This document shows positions 50,500 through 60,688 of a stretch of DNA of 64,000 nucleotides, piece after piece. The stretch lies in NCBI RefSeq assembly GCF_000143415.4, contig NW_003314296.1, positions 601,645-665,644 of the forward strand, read 5' to 3'. The position numbers were made by a program, and so were the translations under genes. Each line of letters starts with the position of its first letter. The stretch's first letter is position 1. Under the pieces are notes generated by a model. The model was not told the origin of the DNA and made no database searches. It worked only from the letters and a program-made list of their open reading frames with translations. Origin of the DNA: Selaginella moellendorffii. Lineage: Eukaryota > Plantae > Lycopodiophyta.

Positions 50500-51463
50500 T
50501 GCTCCTACGCAAGTCGTGCGCTGTTTGCTCGGTGGTGCATTGACCATGAGAGGCATTACAGCAGTGAAGAAGAGTCTCATGAGTCATGAGGTACGCGATC
50601 CTCAAGCAGAACTTGGAGCTTGTTAGCAAGCACAACGAGCGGTCGGACAAATCGTACATGCTGGGATTAAACTAGATGTCCGACCGCTCGAACGAGGAGT
50701 TAAACGAGGCGCTGGTTACTTTGAAAACACCGGGAATCAGAATGTACGGAAGCAGCAGCAGCAGCAGCAGGGAGCTGAGCGCTCCAGCTTCGATGGACTG
50801 GAGAAGCGAAGGAGCTGTGACAGGAGTCAAGCCTGTTTTGGTATGCTTTTGCTTCTTTTTCTTTCTTTTTGACTTGCTTTTTTTCTTCTTTTGTAATGTG
50901 ATAGGTGGGAGCTGGGTATTTGCAGCGGCTGGTGCAGTGGAAGCAATCAACAAGATCTCAACCGGACTGCAGGTGGATCTATCCGCACAACTGTTCATCG
51001 AATGTAAGTTGGGAACTCCGGACCACGTTTGACTACTTGATAGAAGCTGAAGGACTCTCAAAGATTGACATGTACCCGACAACATGGAAGCTGCAAGAAA
51101 AGAGTAAGCATTCTCACAGTTCTTTACAAAGTTATTTCAAACCAGAGTAAACCATCGGGATCGGACAACGTTTGGGAGATCTTTAGAAGCTGTTGCAAAG
51201 CATTCCGTGAAAGCTGTCGCGGACGCCAAGACTTCAGAGTAAGAAAAGAAAGGCTTTCTTTCCTTACACATCTCGATATGATAATTGGCAGGGGATTTCA
51301 CGACGAGATCCCACTTCTCATGGCTACGGCCGGAAGTATTGGATCGTTAAAACAAACTCGTGTGGGAGTTCCCACATGCGACTGGAACGCGATTCCCCGG
51401 CCGCTGTGCTGTGAGCGTGGTTTGCAAAGTGTCCCATCGAAGCTTTTTCTACTGTTGCTGTGA
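50500..51463 (+). pseudogene. Papain-like (C1A) cysteine protease pseudogene
   Basis: I29 prodomain remnant YAILKQNLELVSKHN...YMLGLN*MSD (in-frame TAG), PASMDWRSEGAVTGVK, GGSWVFAAAGAVEA (catalytic Cys absent) and GYGRKYWIVK. Contains stops and frameshifts. Confidence 0.8.
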
Positions 51464-51584
51464 GTTTGGATTGGGCAGCTGCAGGTACGTAAACCTTTCA
51501 GAAACTCGGAAGAACCCTTTTCCCTTTCGAGTTTTTGGTATAAATCAGGTTTGCTCAGGTTTGAGAAGGGTCCTGTCAAGAGAA

Positions 51585-51868
51585 TGGATTCATTACAAAG
51601 GCTGGGAATTGACTCTGCTTCTGATAGTAATGGCGGTACTGCGAGATTTGACAAGCTTGTAAAAGATTTATGTGGTGGTACTTCGAGATTTGACAACCTT
51701 GAGAAAAGCTTAGGATTTGGAGCTGATTGTGGAAAGCATGACAGCAACGAGGTGCAGGCATGTTTTGACGCGAAATTGAAAGAAATCGAGGAGCTCTCCC
51801 AAAGGATTGATAAGATTGAGAAGATGGTGGACAGGATTGTTCTTGTCCTAGAAAGGATTTGCGTGTAA
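51585..51868 (+). CDS. Small hypothetical protein with C-terminal coiled coil
   Basis: Open ORF with repeated GGT(A/S)RFD(K/N)L and heptad LKEIEELSQRIDKIEKMVDRI. May have upstream exons. Confidence 0.4.
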
Positions 51869-51937
51869 AGAACAGATCCAGACTGTATACTTTAGCTTAG
51901 AAAACATCACATTAGCAAATTTTAGTATGGTCCCTAT

Positions 51938-52918
51938 CTATCTAGCTCTCCAAATTATTTCTTTAGTATCAAAGTTAAAAATGAAAATATTTCCATCGCC
52001 CCTCACCACTAAACTTGCTGTTATAACACAATTGGGTTGTGGGTTACAATATTTATCAGATGACCACAAAGGATGATCTTGAGGGTTTTTAATCACAAAA
52101 TTCCCATCTTGCTGTAAATGGGCCAAGCATCCATCAATAGGCTTGTAAGGGTGCTTACTCAAGAATAAAATTCTTCCATTGCTCTTCTCAATTAACACCA
52201 ACTTACAATCTATGCGCAGGGTCAGCCTGTAAAGCCCATTCACCGAGTTCAAGCTATTTCCTGCAGGAATAAAAGACCCTGGAACTTTGTTTTGATTCCC
52301 TATAAGTGATGATTCAAAGCTCCAACACTCACTTCCAGCAATATCATCCTCCATCACATTAGACGTATTTCTAATTACCTTGGGTGTCTGAGAAATAAAG
52401 GCCATACCATAGTTTTGTGCTTGGTAAACACCAAAGTTTACTCGATAGTGTATGGCAAAGTTTGAGAATTCTGTGCGTATTTCGGCACAAAACCTCCGCC
52501 TTCCTCCAATATAAGTCGAGGCATCTGAAAATATTTGATTTCTGATATTTCTGAAAGTGGCTCGCACTGAATGGGAGGGAAAATCAATTGCTATTAAGGG
52601 ATCTGCAACACAAAACATAACAACAGGGGCGTTGATATAAAATGTGATCCTGAGTGTCATTGCACCAATATGAAACTCCACTGATGTGCTTCCCACTGGA
52701 AAGAGGTTGTAAGGATTATTCCCAGTAGCATCAGCGTAGTGAGTTGTAATAAAATTAGACATGAGCCGAATTACATCTTGGAATTGTTCAGGTGATAATG
52801 CACCTGAAGCCAGCTGAAAAACTGTTGTGGGATTGGAATAGTAGGGTGGTGGTGGAACTAAAGAATGAGAAAACTTTTGCAAAATAAAAACCAGCAAAAC
52901 AATCAAAAAGTGAATCAT
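51938..52918 (-). CDS. Secreted protein: unrecognised N-terminal domain + bulb-type (GNA-like) lectin domain, copy A
   Basis: Signal peptide. GNSLNSVNGLYRLTL...CLAHLQQDGNFVI...PLWSS...LVVRGDGNIFIF...IIW. Intronless. Confidence 0.85.
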   Translation of the reverse strand: MIHFLIVLLVFILQKFSHSLVPPPPYYSNPTTVFQLASGALSPEQFQDVIRLMSNFITTHYADATGNNPYNLFPVGSTSVEFHIGAMTLRITFYINAPVVMFCVADPLIAIDFPSHSVRATFRNIRNQIFSDASTYIGGRRRFCAEIRTEFSNFAIHYRVNFGVYQAQNYGMAFISQTPKVIRNTSNVMEDDIAGSECWSFESSLIGNQNKVPGSFIPAGNSLNSVNGLYRLTLRIDCKLVLIEKSNGRILFLSKHPYKPIDGCLAHLQQDGNFVIKNPQDHPLWSSDKYCNPQPNCVITASLVVRGDGNIFIFNFDTKEIIWRAR

Positions 52919-53200
52919 TGTTCACAAAACTTAAAAAAACGAATATAGTGACGGATTTAGAGAACAACTAAATGGTAAATTAATTTTGTATTGTTCCCAC
53001 AATTATCTATTAAATATATTAGAATATTCTGGATATTTAAATTGATTCATTGTCGTTTACAAATTTTCTAATTATTAAGCTAAGTTAAGTTATTTTCTAA
53101 TTTTTCTAATATTAAAAAGGCTGGTGTGCCGTGGAAGAAAAGTCAAGTTTTCAATTATAAAAGCCACGTCCGGTCAAAGCTCGAAACCTCCCAGTCAACT

Positions 53201-53869
53201 ATGGTCCAGTCGCGGGACGAAGCCGCCGAGCGTGAGAGGCGCGCCAATAACCTCCGCTTCAAAGGCGTCGCGGAGCAGCAAGGCGAGGGCGTTGGCCAAG
53301 TAGTGGAGGCGATCCTTAAGGAACTGGGCCTGGTCACCGTCTCGAAGAAGATCAAGGAGAGCGCCCAGAGGCTTGGCCGCGAGATCGAGGATCGAAGGAG
53401 ACCTCGCGACATCCTGGTCGAATTTGCCGCCGGCTCCAAGCTGCGGAGCCACCTGCTAGGCAAGCAGGAGGAAGCCCGGAAGCTGGGATTCGCGATTTCT
53501 GAGGATTACACTCGCGCCCAGATGGAGGAGATGAACAAGATCAAGGCGTGGGAGCGCTGGGAGCGGAGCTTGATCCTGTTTGCTCCGCGGCTTTGGTTCC
53601 AGAGCGACGAGCAGGACGAGGAGGAGCTGCGGGATCACGTCGCGAGCGTGATCTACGACGGGCTGGGCTACGAGGCGGAGGAGTTTGACATGGAGTGGAT
53701 TGTGGAGACTGAGAGGTTGCGATTGCGAGAGCCAGTGTTTGGAAAGCCCGAGCCCATAAGGATTGTTTTCAAGGACAAGAACGTAAGAGACGAGGTGTTT
53801 AGATGGAAGACGGAACTCAAAGGATTTTATAGGCTGGAAGAACCCCGGAAGCCAAGGCAGCGCAATTGA
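53201..53869 (+). CDS. Stand-alone protein with two LINE ORF1 (Transposase_22/L1TD1-like RRM) modules
   Basis: ERRANNLRFKGVAE...AQRLG...RPRDILVEF...ISEDYT, then a second module ERSLILF...ERLR...KPEPIRIVFKD...RDEVF. TATAAAA at 53156. Confidence 0.65.
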   Translation: MVQSRDEAAERERRANNLRFKGVAEQQGEGVGQVVEAILKELGLVTVSKKIKESAQRLGREIEDRRRPRDILVEFAAGSKLRSHLLGKQEEARKLGFAISEDYTRAQMEEMNKIKAWERWERSLILFAPRLWFQSDEQDEEELRDHVASVIYDGLGYEAEEFDMEWIVETERLRLREPVFGKPEPIRIVFKDKNVRDEVFRWKTELKGFYRLEEPRKPRQRN

Positions 53870-53944
53870 TTAAAACTACTTCATGGAGATGACGGGTTTC
53901 TTAACTTAATTAAAACGTCCTTTCTTCAGTCCACGACAACTCCA

Positions 53945-55295
53945 AAGGTTTAGGAAGCTCAGGCTCCCTTCATTGGCATTTGTTTAAAGATGCACAGCAG
54001 TGAAGGGATCATGCAGCAACTTGGGATTTACTATCTTGAGGATGAAAGATGTGCAAACTTGAAAATGTCTTTAGGAGTGTGGCATAGTGAGCAAGTTAAT
54101 GATAAGTCTGCCTTACAGAATCCACAACCAATTGTTTGTACTGTTTACAAGTTCTAGTTGAGAATAGTAGAAGGTGGGAATGGATATGGGAGGATGTAGG
54201 AAAGACTTTTAGTTCCTCAAAATAAAAATTAAAGACTTAGGAAGAACAGTTGCAAAAGCTTGCCAATGACGAGAATGAAGACAGCTGCAAAATTGAAGTC
54301 CTGTATGATCGAAGGATGTGACTACACCAGTTTGATGCTGAAGAAGCAGGAGAGGTGACAACTTGCTGCTCAATGTGAGCATCCTCCTCCTGTTACACAA
54401 TATAAAAGAGTTAAAAACGAGAATAGTTTAGACTAAAGGCTACTTGTCAGTCCTCTCTTTTTCTTCTTCCATTCTTCTTGGTTCTTCCTTATTTCCCATT
54501 TCCTCTTTCTGAATCGTTTTTACTTTGTGTTTTCTGCAGAGATAATAAGAAAATTACCTCAAATTGAGTAGCATGTTGGCACTCTATCAAACTGGCATAG
54601 TGTTTTTTCCATGTCCTTAGATCCTATAGGACTTTAATTTCATGGCTATCTATGTGCTTATGTCTTTATTTAGGAACTTCAATTTCTTGTTCTCCAGTTT
54701 GCACAGTAGCCTATCATTATCAAGCTTTTGCAACTGTTCTTCCAGAGTCTGCATAAAAATTTTAATATAAGGAACTAAAAGGAGTAAAATCATATTAGAC
54801 ATGGGAAGAAGTGTAAACAAGAGACTTCTTCCAGGAAATACCAGGTAAAGACTTTTAGTTACCTGAGGAGGAGTCTTTACCTGGAAGAAGTCTCCTGTTT
54901 ACACTTCTTCCCATGTCCATTCCCACTGGAAAATGTAAACAGTTTGAAAAAAACAGCATACAAACAACTTATGACGATTCTGATTCTGTGCTGAATTAAG
55001 GCCAATTTGTCAAAGAATTGTTCGCCACAAACTCCTTCCAGGGGATATAGAAGGACGTTTTCAAGCTTGCACATGTACTGCTTGTCGTCTTCATCCTCAG
55101 GATGTCTGCATCACTAAACACATCTTCTTCTTCCTCAGTAAGCATCCCATCATCCTTGTGCATCTCTAAACAAATGCCAAAGATGAGCAACCATTTATAA
55201 ACAAAAAACCAAAGACCAAAACCCCCTCTGTATGCATCCCTTCACTGATGTGCATCTTTATACAAATGCAAGGGAGCCTGAGCTTCCTAAAATCT
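53945..55295. repeat. Degenerate inverted duplication of a spliced gene fragment
   Basis: Mirror-ordered matches: ~53950 with rc ~55290, ~54035 with rc ~55100, and 54240-54262 with rc 54721-54743 (exact GGAAGAACAGTTGCAAAAGCTTG). Confidence 0.75.
54798..54917. repeat. Near-perfect inverted repeat (hairpin)
   Basis: Arms 54798-54853 and 54872-54917 with one mismatch and a 10-nt bulge. Loop ~18 nt. Confidence 0.9.
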
Positions 55296-55639
55296 GGATG
55301 CAATTGAGGACTTACCTGAAATCTGCCTATTGTCGCCTAAACTGTAACACACGGATAAACAAACGGCTGAGAAAGGACTATACGAAAAACGCCCTGCCCT
55401 GTCTTTGAGACGCCCAGGTAGTTGCTGCATGTCATTGCTCATCCCTTAAAAAAATGCCATAGCAGCGATGAATGGAGCCTGAGTTACCTAAAATCTCTCA
55501 GTGAGCTTAAAGCTGGAATGGACTCCATCTTGAACACTCAATTGTGTCTTGGGACCACCCTCCAACTGTCTGGAATCTAACTAGTCACATATTATACTTT
55601 TTACCGCTAAATTAAATTAGATCTAGGGTCAAAGGCTGC

Positions 55640-55890
55640 CGTAGAAAACATTGCCTTTAATCACAAGATCCTGTTGGAGATGTGCAAAACATCCTGCAAT
55701 GCCAATCACAGAACTTAAGCTGTTCCCTGATCGAAGATAGGATCCTGGAATCAAAAACTTCAACTATTCACCGTCTTCTCTAACCCCTTTAGCACTAATT
55801 AATAGCAAATGGCAAAGTCGAACAATTCAATGCGGATCAGCACAGTATCTCCATCAATTTCCATCTGGTTTCTGATGGACCTGTTTACTA
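55640..55890 (-). pseudogene. Heavily deleted lectin-family copy B
   Basis: Minus strand reads RSIRNQM...IRIELFDFAI and IPGSYLRSGNSLSSV...GCFAHLQQD. Confidence 0.6.
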
Positions 55891-56091
55891 AAGGAAGGCA
55901 AATTCATCATCAATGCAGAACCTTATGCCCCTATGAAAAATTCTTATTGATACAATGACCTTTTCTTTCTTTCTTTCTTTCTTTTATTTACCTTTTTTCC
56001 ACCTTGCACTATAAGTTTGGTTATTTTAAATAAAAGACAATTAACTAATGTTGTGTTATAGTAAAGCCCGCTGAAGAGTAATTAGATAATG

Positions 56092-56812
56092 ATGCATGTG
56101 TTCTTGAAATTATTGCTTTTTACACTAGCTCCTGCCTTGTGCCAATCTCCACCATCACATTACGTCCAAGTTTGATCAAATTATCCACCAAATAGTTAAT
56201 CATGTTAATCTGCTTTATGCTGATGACAATGGTTTAAACTATTTTCCAGTAGGAAGCTCCTCTGTTGTGATTCCAATTGGATCTATATCAATTGGAGTTG
56301 ATTTTCATATCCATGCGCCCCTACTAATAAGAACAAACTTTGAGATTTGCATTGGTGATTCCTCTTTGCCATTTCGTTTCTACGTAAGAGAAACATTTCT
56401 CTCCATTAGAAATCCGATGGGTATCGATTGCAGGTCTCAGGCAGCAGACAGAGAGATGCTGAAATACGCACAGAACACTTAAATTTTGCAATAGATCACG
56501 TTTCTATAGCACATCTTAGCAAGCAAAGAAAGTGATTGTTGGAGTTTCAGGTGTTGTCTTGTTGGAAATCCAGAAAGAATTCCAGGATCCTATCTTCTAG
56601 AGGGAAACAGCTCTGGGCTTTACAGGTTGACACTGTGCATGGATGGCAAGTTGGTCTTAACAAAAACAGATGGTGCTACCCAAGCATTTTCACAACCCTG
56701 TGAGTGGATGCATTGCACACCTCGAACAAGATGGGAATCTTATGATCAAAGACGATGCGAGCAATGTGTTATATTCACAGAAACTCGTCAAGAATGGTGG
56801 AAGGCTGTAAAA
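56092..56812 (+). pseudogene. Lectin-family copy C pseudogene
   Basis: Signal peptide MHVFLKLLLFTLAPALCQSPPSHY then a stop. Remnants LYADDNGLNYFPVGSSSV, FHIHAP, AEIRTEHLNFAI, DCWSF and IPGSYL..GNS.GLYRLTL with frameshifts. Confidence 0.85.
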
Positions 56813-56859
56813 GAAATGATGTTTTCAATACATAGAGCAAAATTTTCGCCCTAAATGTT

Positions 56860-58936
56860 ATGGGAGCTAAGAAGCCCGCGCTGCATTTTGTGCGCCGCCA
56901 GGTAGCTCGGATTCTCAGGCAAGTCTTGGCGGGCAATACGCAGCACAGGGCGCTCGCTTCTATCAAGTCTCTCGTCTACAAGCCTTCCATCGTCGCGAAA
57001 AAGGCTACCCTTGCTCTCATTTGCAACACTCTCAAATGTAAGAGGACTTGTCTTCTTGAACTTTTTCGCGTGTAAAAAATGTGTTTGACAGATCTTCCCG
57101 TGATCAAGGACATTGTGCATTCTGTGGGTCTTCTTCAAGGAAGGAAAAACAAGGTTTGGGTGTTTGTTTCTCTCTATCAGTTCTTTGTTTCTCTTCGCCA
57201 GGGTCAGGATGAACTTTTCTATGTGCTCACGCATGATCTACTCTTTGAGCAAGTAAGTAAATTCCTTTTTCTTTTCCTTGTGCTATGATACTGAAGTTTT
57301 CGTGATTCTACGTTGGAAAAAGGAGATTTTGCCGTCGGGAAAAGAAGAAATCTTTGTGCTGTCGAGAAAGGCAGCACTTCGAGCAGCATTTGTGAGGCTG
57401 ATGATGAAGAAAAATGTCACTGAGATTGATGGGTTGCTGCCACCAGAAACTCGACAGATACAATCTTGTGGTAAGTTTGTTTCAATTTTTTCATTCATAT
57501 CTCGCCTCAAACCGATTTTGGTAGACATTCCCAGATACGTGAGAGTGAACACTCTGCAAATGACAGTCGACGAAGCTCTAGAGAAGCTTGAAGAACTTGG
57601 CGTAAGTTTCCTTCGTGAGATCTTTTTCCGTTTTGACATTGTTTAGCTGGCAGGCCAAGGTTGACGAGTTGCTTCCTGACTTGCTTGTGCTTCCGCCCGG
57701 CACGGATTTGCACGACCATTCTCTTGTGCTACAAGGTAGCATTTTCCTACAGGTGACTCATTTACTTGAGCTGAATTCTTAGTGTTAAGAGCTTTTTTTC
57801 TTCGTTGTTTTGTTTCTTAGAGCAAAGCAAGTTGTATTCCAGCACATGTTCTTTGCCCAGATCTAGATTGGGAGGTACTCTTTTATCTTAAACTTTTTTT
57901 CTTCTCCTCCTTATTCTTCAAGTTTATGGTGTTTTGTTCTCGAGGTTTTGGATGCTTGTGCCTCTCCTGGGAACAAAACCGTGCATTTGGCTGCTCTGAT
58001 GAAAGGAAAAGGTCGGGTTACGGCTTGCGAGCTCCACAGAAAACGCCTCCAGGTGCTGCAAGACACGGTCAAACGTGCCGGAGCAAACAGTATCCTTCCT
58101 ATTTGTGCTGAAAAACCCGTCGTTTTTTCCTAGACAACACTCTGAAAGATATACAAGTGAAGCATCAGGACTTTCTTAAACTCGATCCAAACGCGTCGGA
58201 CTACAGCAAGGTCTCTTCTGTTTCTTTTCGTTTCTCTTTTCTTGCGGAAAAAGTTTTAAAGTGGTTTCCAGGTTCGTGCGATCTTGTTGGACCCGTCTTG
58301 CTCTGGCTCCGGGACTACAGTGCAAAGAATGGATCACTTGCTTCCAGTAGCAAACGGTCAGTCATTTGTTTTCTCAGTTGTATAATCTCATGCCCTTGTA
58401 AAGTTTCCAGACGATCCGGAGTTTCAAAGGATCGATCGGTTAGCCAGTTTCCAAAAGGCTGCTCTGTGTCACGCATTGTCCTGTAAGCAGCCAGTCTCTC
58501 AGTTTTTCCAGGCTAAGTCTTTGGCCTCTTTTTCCCAGTTCCTGCCGTGGAGAGAGTGGTATACAGCACTTGCTCGGTGAACCAGCGTGAGAACGAAGAT
58601 GTCATCCAATCCGTGCTCGAGCACGCTCGCTCTCACAAATTCAAGCTCGGGACTGTTCTTCCAGATTGGCCTCACAGAGGACTTCCAGTGTTTGATGGAG
58701 GTAAATCAAAACTCTTCTTCTTGCTTCTCCAAAGGAACTGAGGCCTTGCGTTGGAATGCTCAGCGCAGCATTTGTTGCGGACGGATGCCTTGCGAGACAA
58801 AACCGATGGTTTTTTCGTCGCTCTTTTCGTGAGAGAAAGGAGCCAGACTTTTGAGCAGCAGCGCAAAAGGAAATCGAGTGAAATCGAAGAGAGGAAAACT
58901 AAGAGGAAAAAGAAGAAACAAAAGAAACTAAACTGA
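56860..58936 (+). CDS. NSUN5: 25S rRNA (cytosine-C5)-methyltransferase NSUN5/RCM1
   Basis: PRYVRVNTL, IFLQ|SKASCIPA, DACASPGNKTVHLA, ILLDPSCSGSG, VVYSTCSVNQRENEDV and TDGFFVALF. Confidence 0.93.
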
Positions 58937-59311
58937 TGGATATTTTGTTTTGCGGGCAAGTTAAGCTAATTTTTAAATATTGTGTACTTAATATTTAACT
59001 TTCTTGGCGTTGTAACTTTTGCTTGTTCAGAATCGAAAAGCACCAAATTTTATAGCGGATTTTAATAAGTTTCACAAACGGTTTTAGGTCAGATAAACTT
59101 AAATTAAATTCCTAATAGTAAATTCCTTTAATTTATTGAATATATCTAGTCAGAAAGAAAACAACCAAATTTTGTTTCCTAGTATTGAATCCAACTTAGC
59201 CATGTAAACTTTCTTGGTCTTTCCGTTGTAGCTTTGTTCAACACACTCGGCACATTAGCCTCTGAAAGCACCAAGAACTCCAAACTCTTGAGTGGATTTT
59301 ATTTAGCCAAC

Positions 59312-60280
59312 ATGTTCTCAATTTGCTCCACCTTTGCATTATTAGCTTTAGTTTTGACTAGTTTTGGTCAGCCCCCGCCACACTGGTATCCTGCTCTGCC
59401 CACAACCATCTTCAGTGTAGGCTTAAATGCCTTATCACTAGTAGAGTTTAGAGAAGTTATGAACATGATTGATAACTGTATTGATGCTGTTTATGCTGAC
59501 GATGGAGTATATAATACATTTGGAGTTGGAAGCATCTCTGCTGTGTTTTCTTTGGGAGCGACATCGGTGAGAATTTCATTTCACATCACTGCCCCGCTTT
59601 TACATGTTGATTCTATTGGTATTTGTGTGGCTGATCCATCCATACCATTTCGTTTTGCCTCACATGAAGTGCGGCAAGCATTCAGCTACATCAGGAGTCA
59701 GATGTTCACGGATGCCATGTATGACAATGGAACTAGAGTAACCTTTTGTGCTGAGATACGTACAGAATTTTTAAATTTTGCTATACACTATCAACTCGTA
59801 TATGTGCCACCAAAGACTAATTTGCATATTAAAAGATTAGATAGTGTTGTCACCAGAGAACAAAGTAACCATGATATAAGTGATTGCTGGAGTTTTGGAT
59901 CATCTATCATAAGCAATCATATCAAAGTTTCAGGATCATATCTTCCCGCTGGAAATAGTTTAAACTCAGTAAATGGACTGTATAGACTCACCATGCAACA
60001 GAAGAACTGCAAGCTGGTGTTAATTCGCAAAATAGATGGTCTAATCTTGTGGATTAGTGAGCATTCTTATGATCCTATCAGTGGATGCTTTGCACATTTG
60101 CAGTATGATGGAAAGCTTGTGATAAAGAGCCCTGCAAATCATGTTTTCTGGGAAGCTAATGTGGATTGTAGGTTGCATTTAAATTGTTTCGCAATGGCAA
60201 GTGCAGTGGTAAAAGGAGAAGGAAATGTTTTCATTTATAATTTAGAAACTCGTACAGTGTTATGGAAGGCAATTGGTTAG
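59312..60280 (+). CDS. Secreted protein: unrecognised N-terminal domain + bulb-type lectin domain, copy D
   Basis: Signal peptide MFSICSTFALLALVLTSFG. Colinear with copy A (CVADP, FCAEIRTEFLNFAIHY, CWSF, PAGNSLNSVNGLYRLT, GCFAHLQ). Intronless. Confidence 0.87.
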   Translation: MFSICSTFALLALVLTSFGQPPPHWYPALPTTIFSVGLNALSLVEFREVMNMIDNCIDAVYADDGVYNTFGVGSISAVFSLGATSVRISFHITAPLLHVDSIGICVADPSIPFRFASHEVRQAFSYIRSQMFTDAMYDNGTRVTFCAEIRTEFLNFAIHYQLVYVPPKTNLHIKRLDSVVTREQSNHDISDCWSFGSSIISNHIKVSGSYLPAGNSLNSVNGLYRLTMQQKNCKLVLIRKIDGLILWISEHSYDPISGCFAHLQYDGKLVIKSPANHVFWEANVDCRLHLNCFAMASAVVKGEGNVFIYNLETRTVLWKAIG

Positions 60281-60334
60281 TTCTGTAAATTTGCCAATAA
60301 TAATAATTTAAATTATGACAAAATTTCCTAATCT

Positions 60335-60620
60335 ATCAGTTCCTGCCTCGGAGATAGTGGTATACAACACTTGCTCGGTAAGTCCTGAGCTCGAATTTGT
60401 GAGTTCGAGTGTCCTTGAGCAAAGATTGGACGATGTCTTTGTTCTCATGCTGGTTTACTCACAGAGTTTCAATGTTTGGTGGAGGCAAATCAAAAGCCTT
60501 CTTCTTTGCTTGGATTGCTTGGAATGCTCAGCCCGGCGGGCGAGACGTCAGAGAAAGAAGTCAAAATTTAGAGGAAGATGAGCAGCAGCGAGATGGAAAT
60601 CGAGTGAAATCGAAGAGAGT
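60335..60620 (+). pseudogene. Duplicated NSUN5 3' fragment with internal inversion
   Basis: Similar to 58536-58893. Segment ~60382-60458 matches the reverse complement of ~58578-58652. Confidence 0.8.
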
Positions 60621-60688
60621 TGCGCGGGAAGAGATCCTGGCCGTTCATTATGAATAACCCTAGTTAGGGGTTTTAGGTTGGATGCGCA

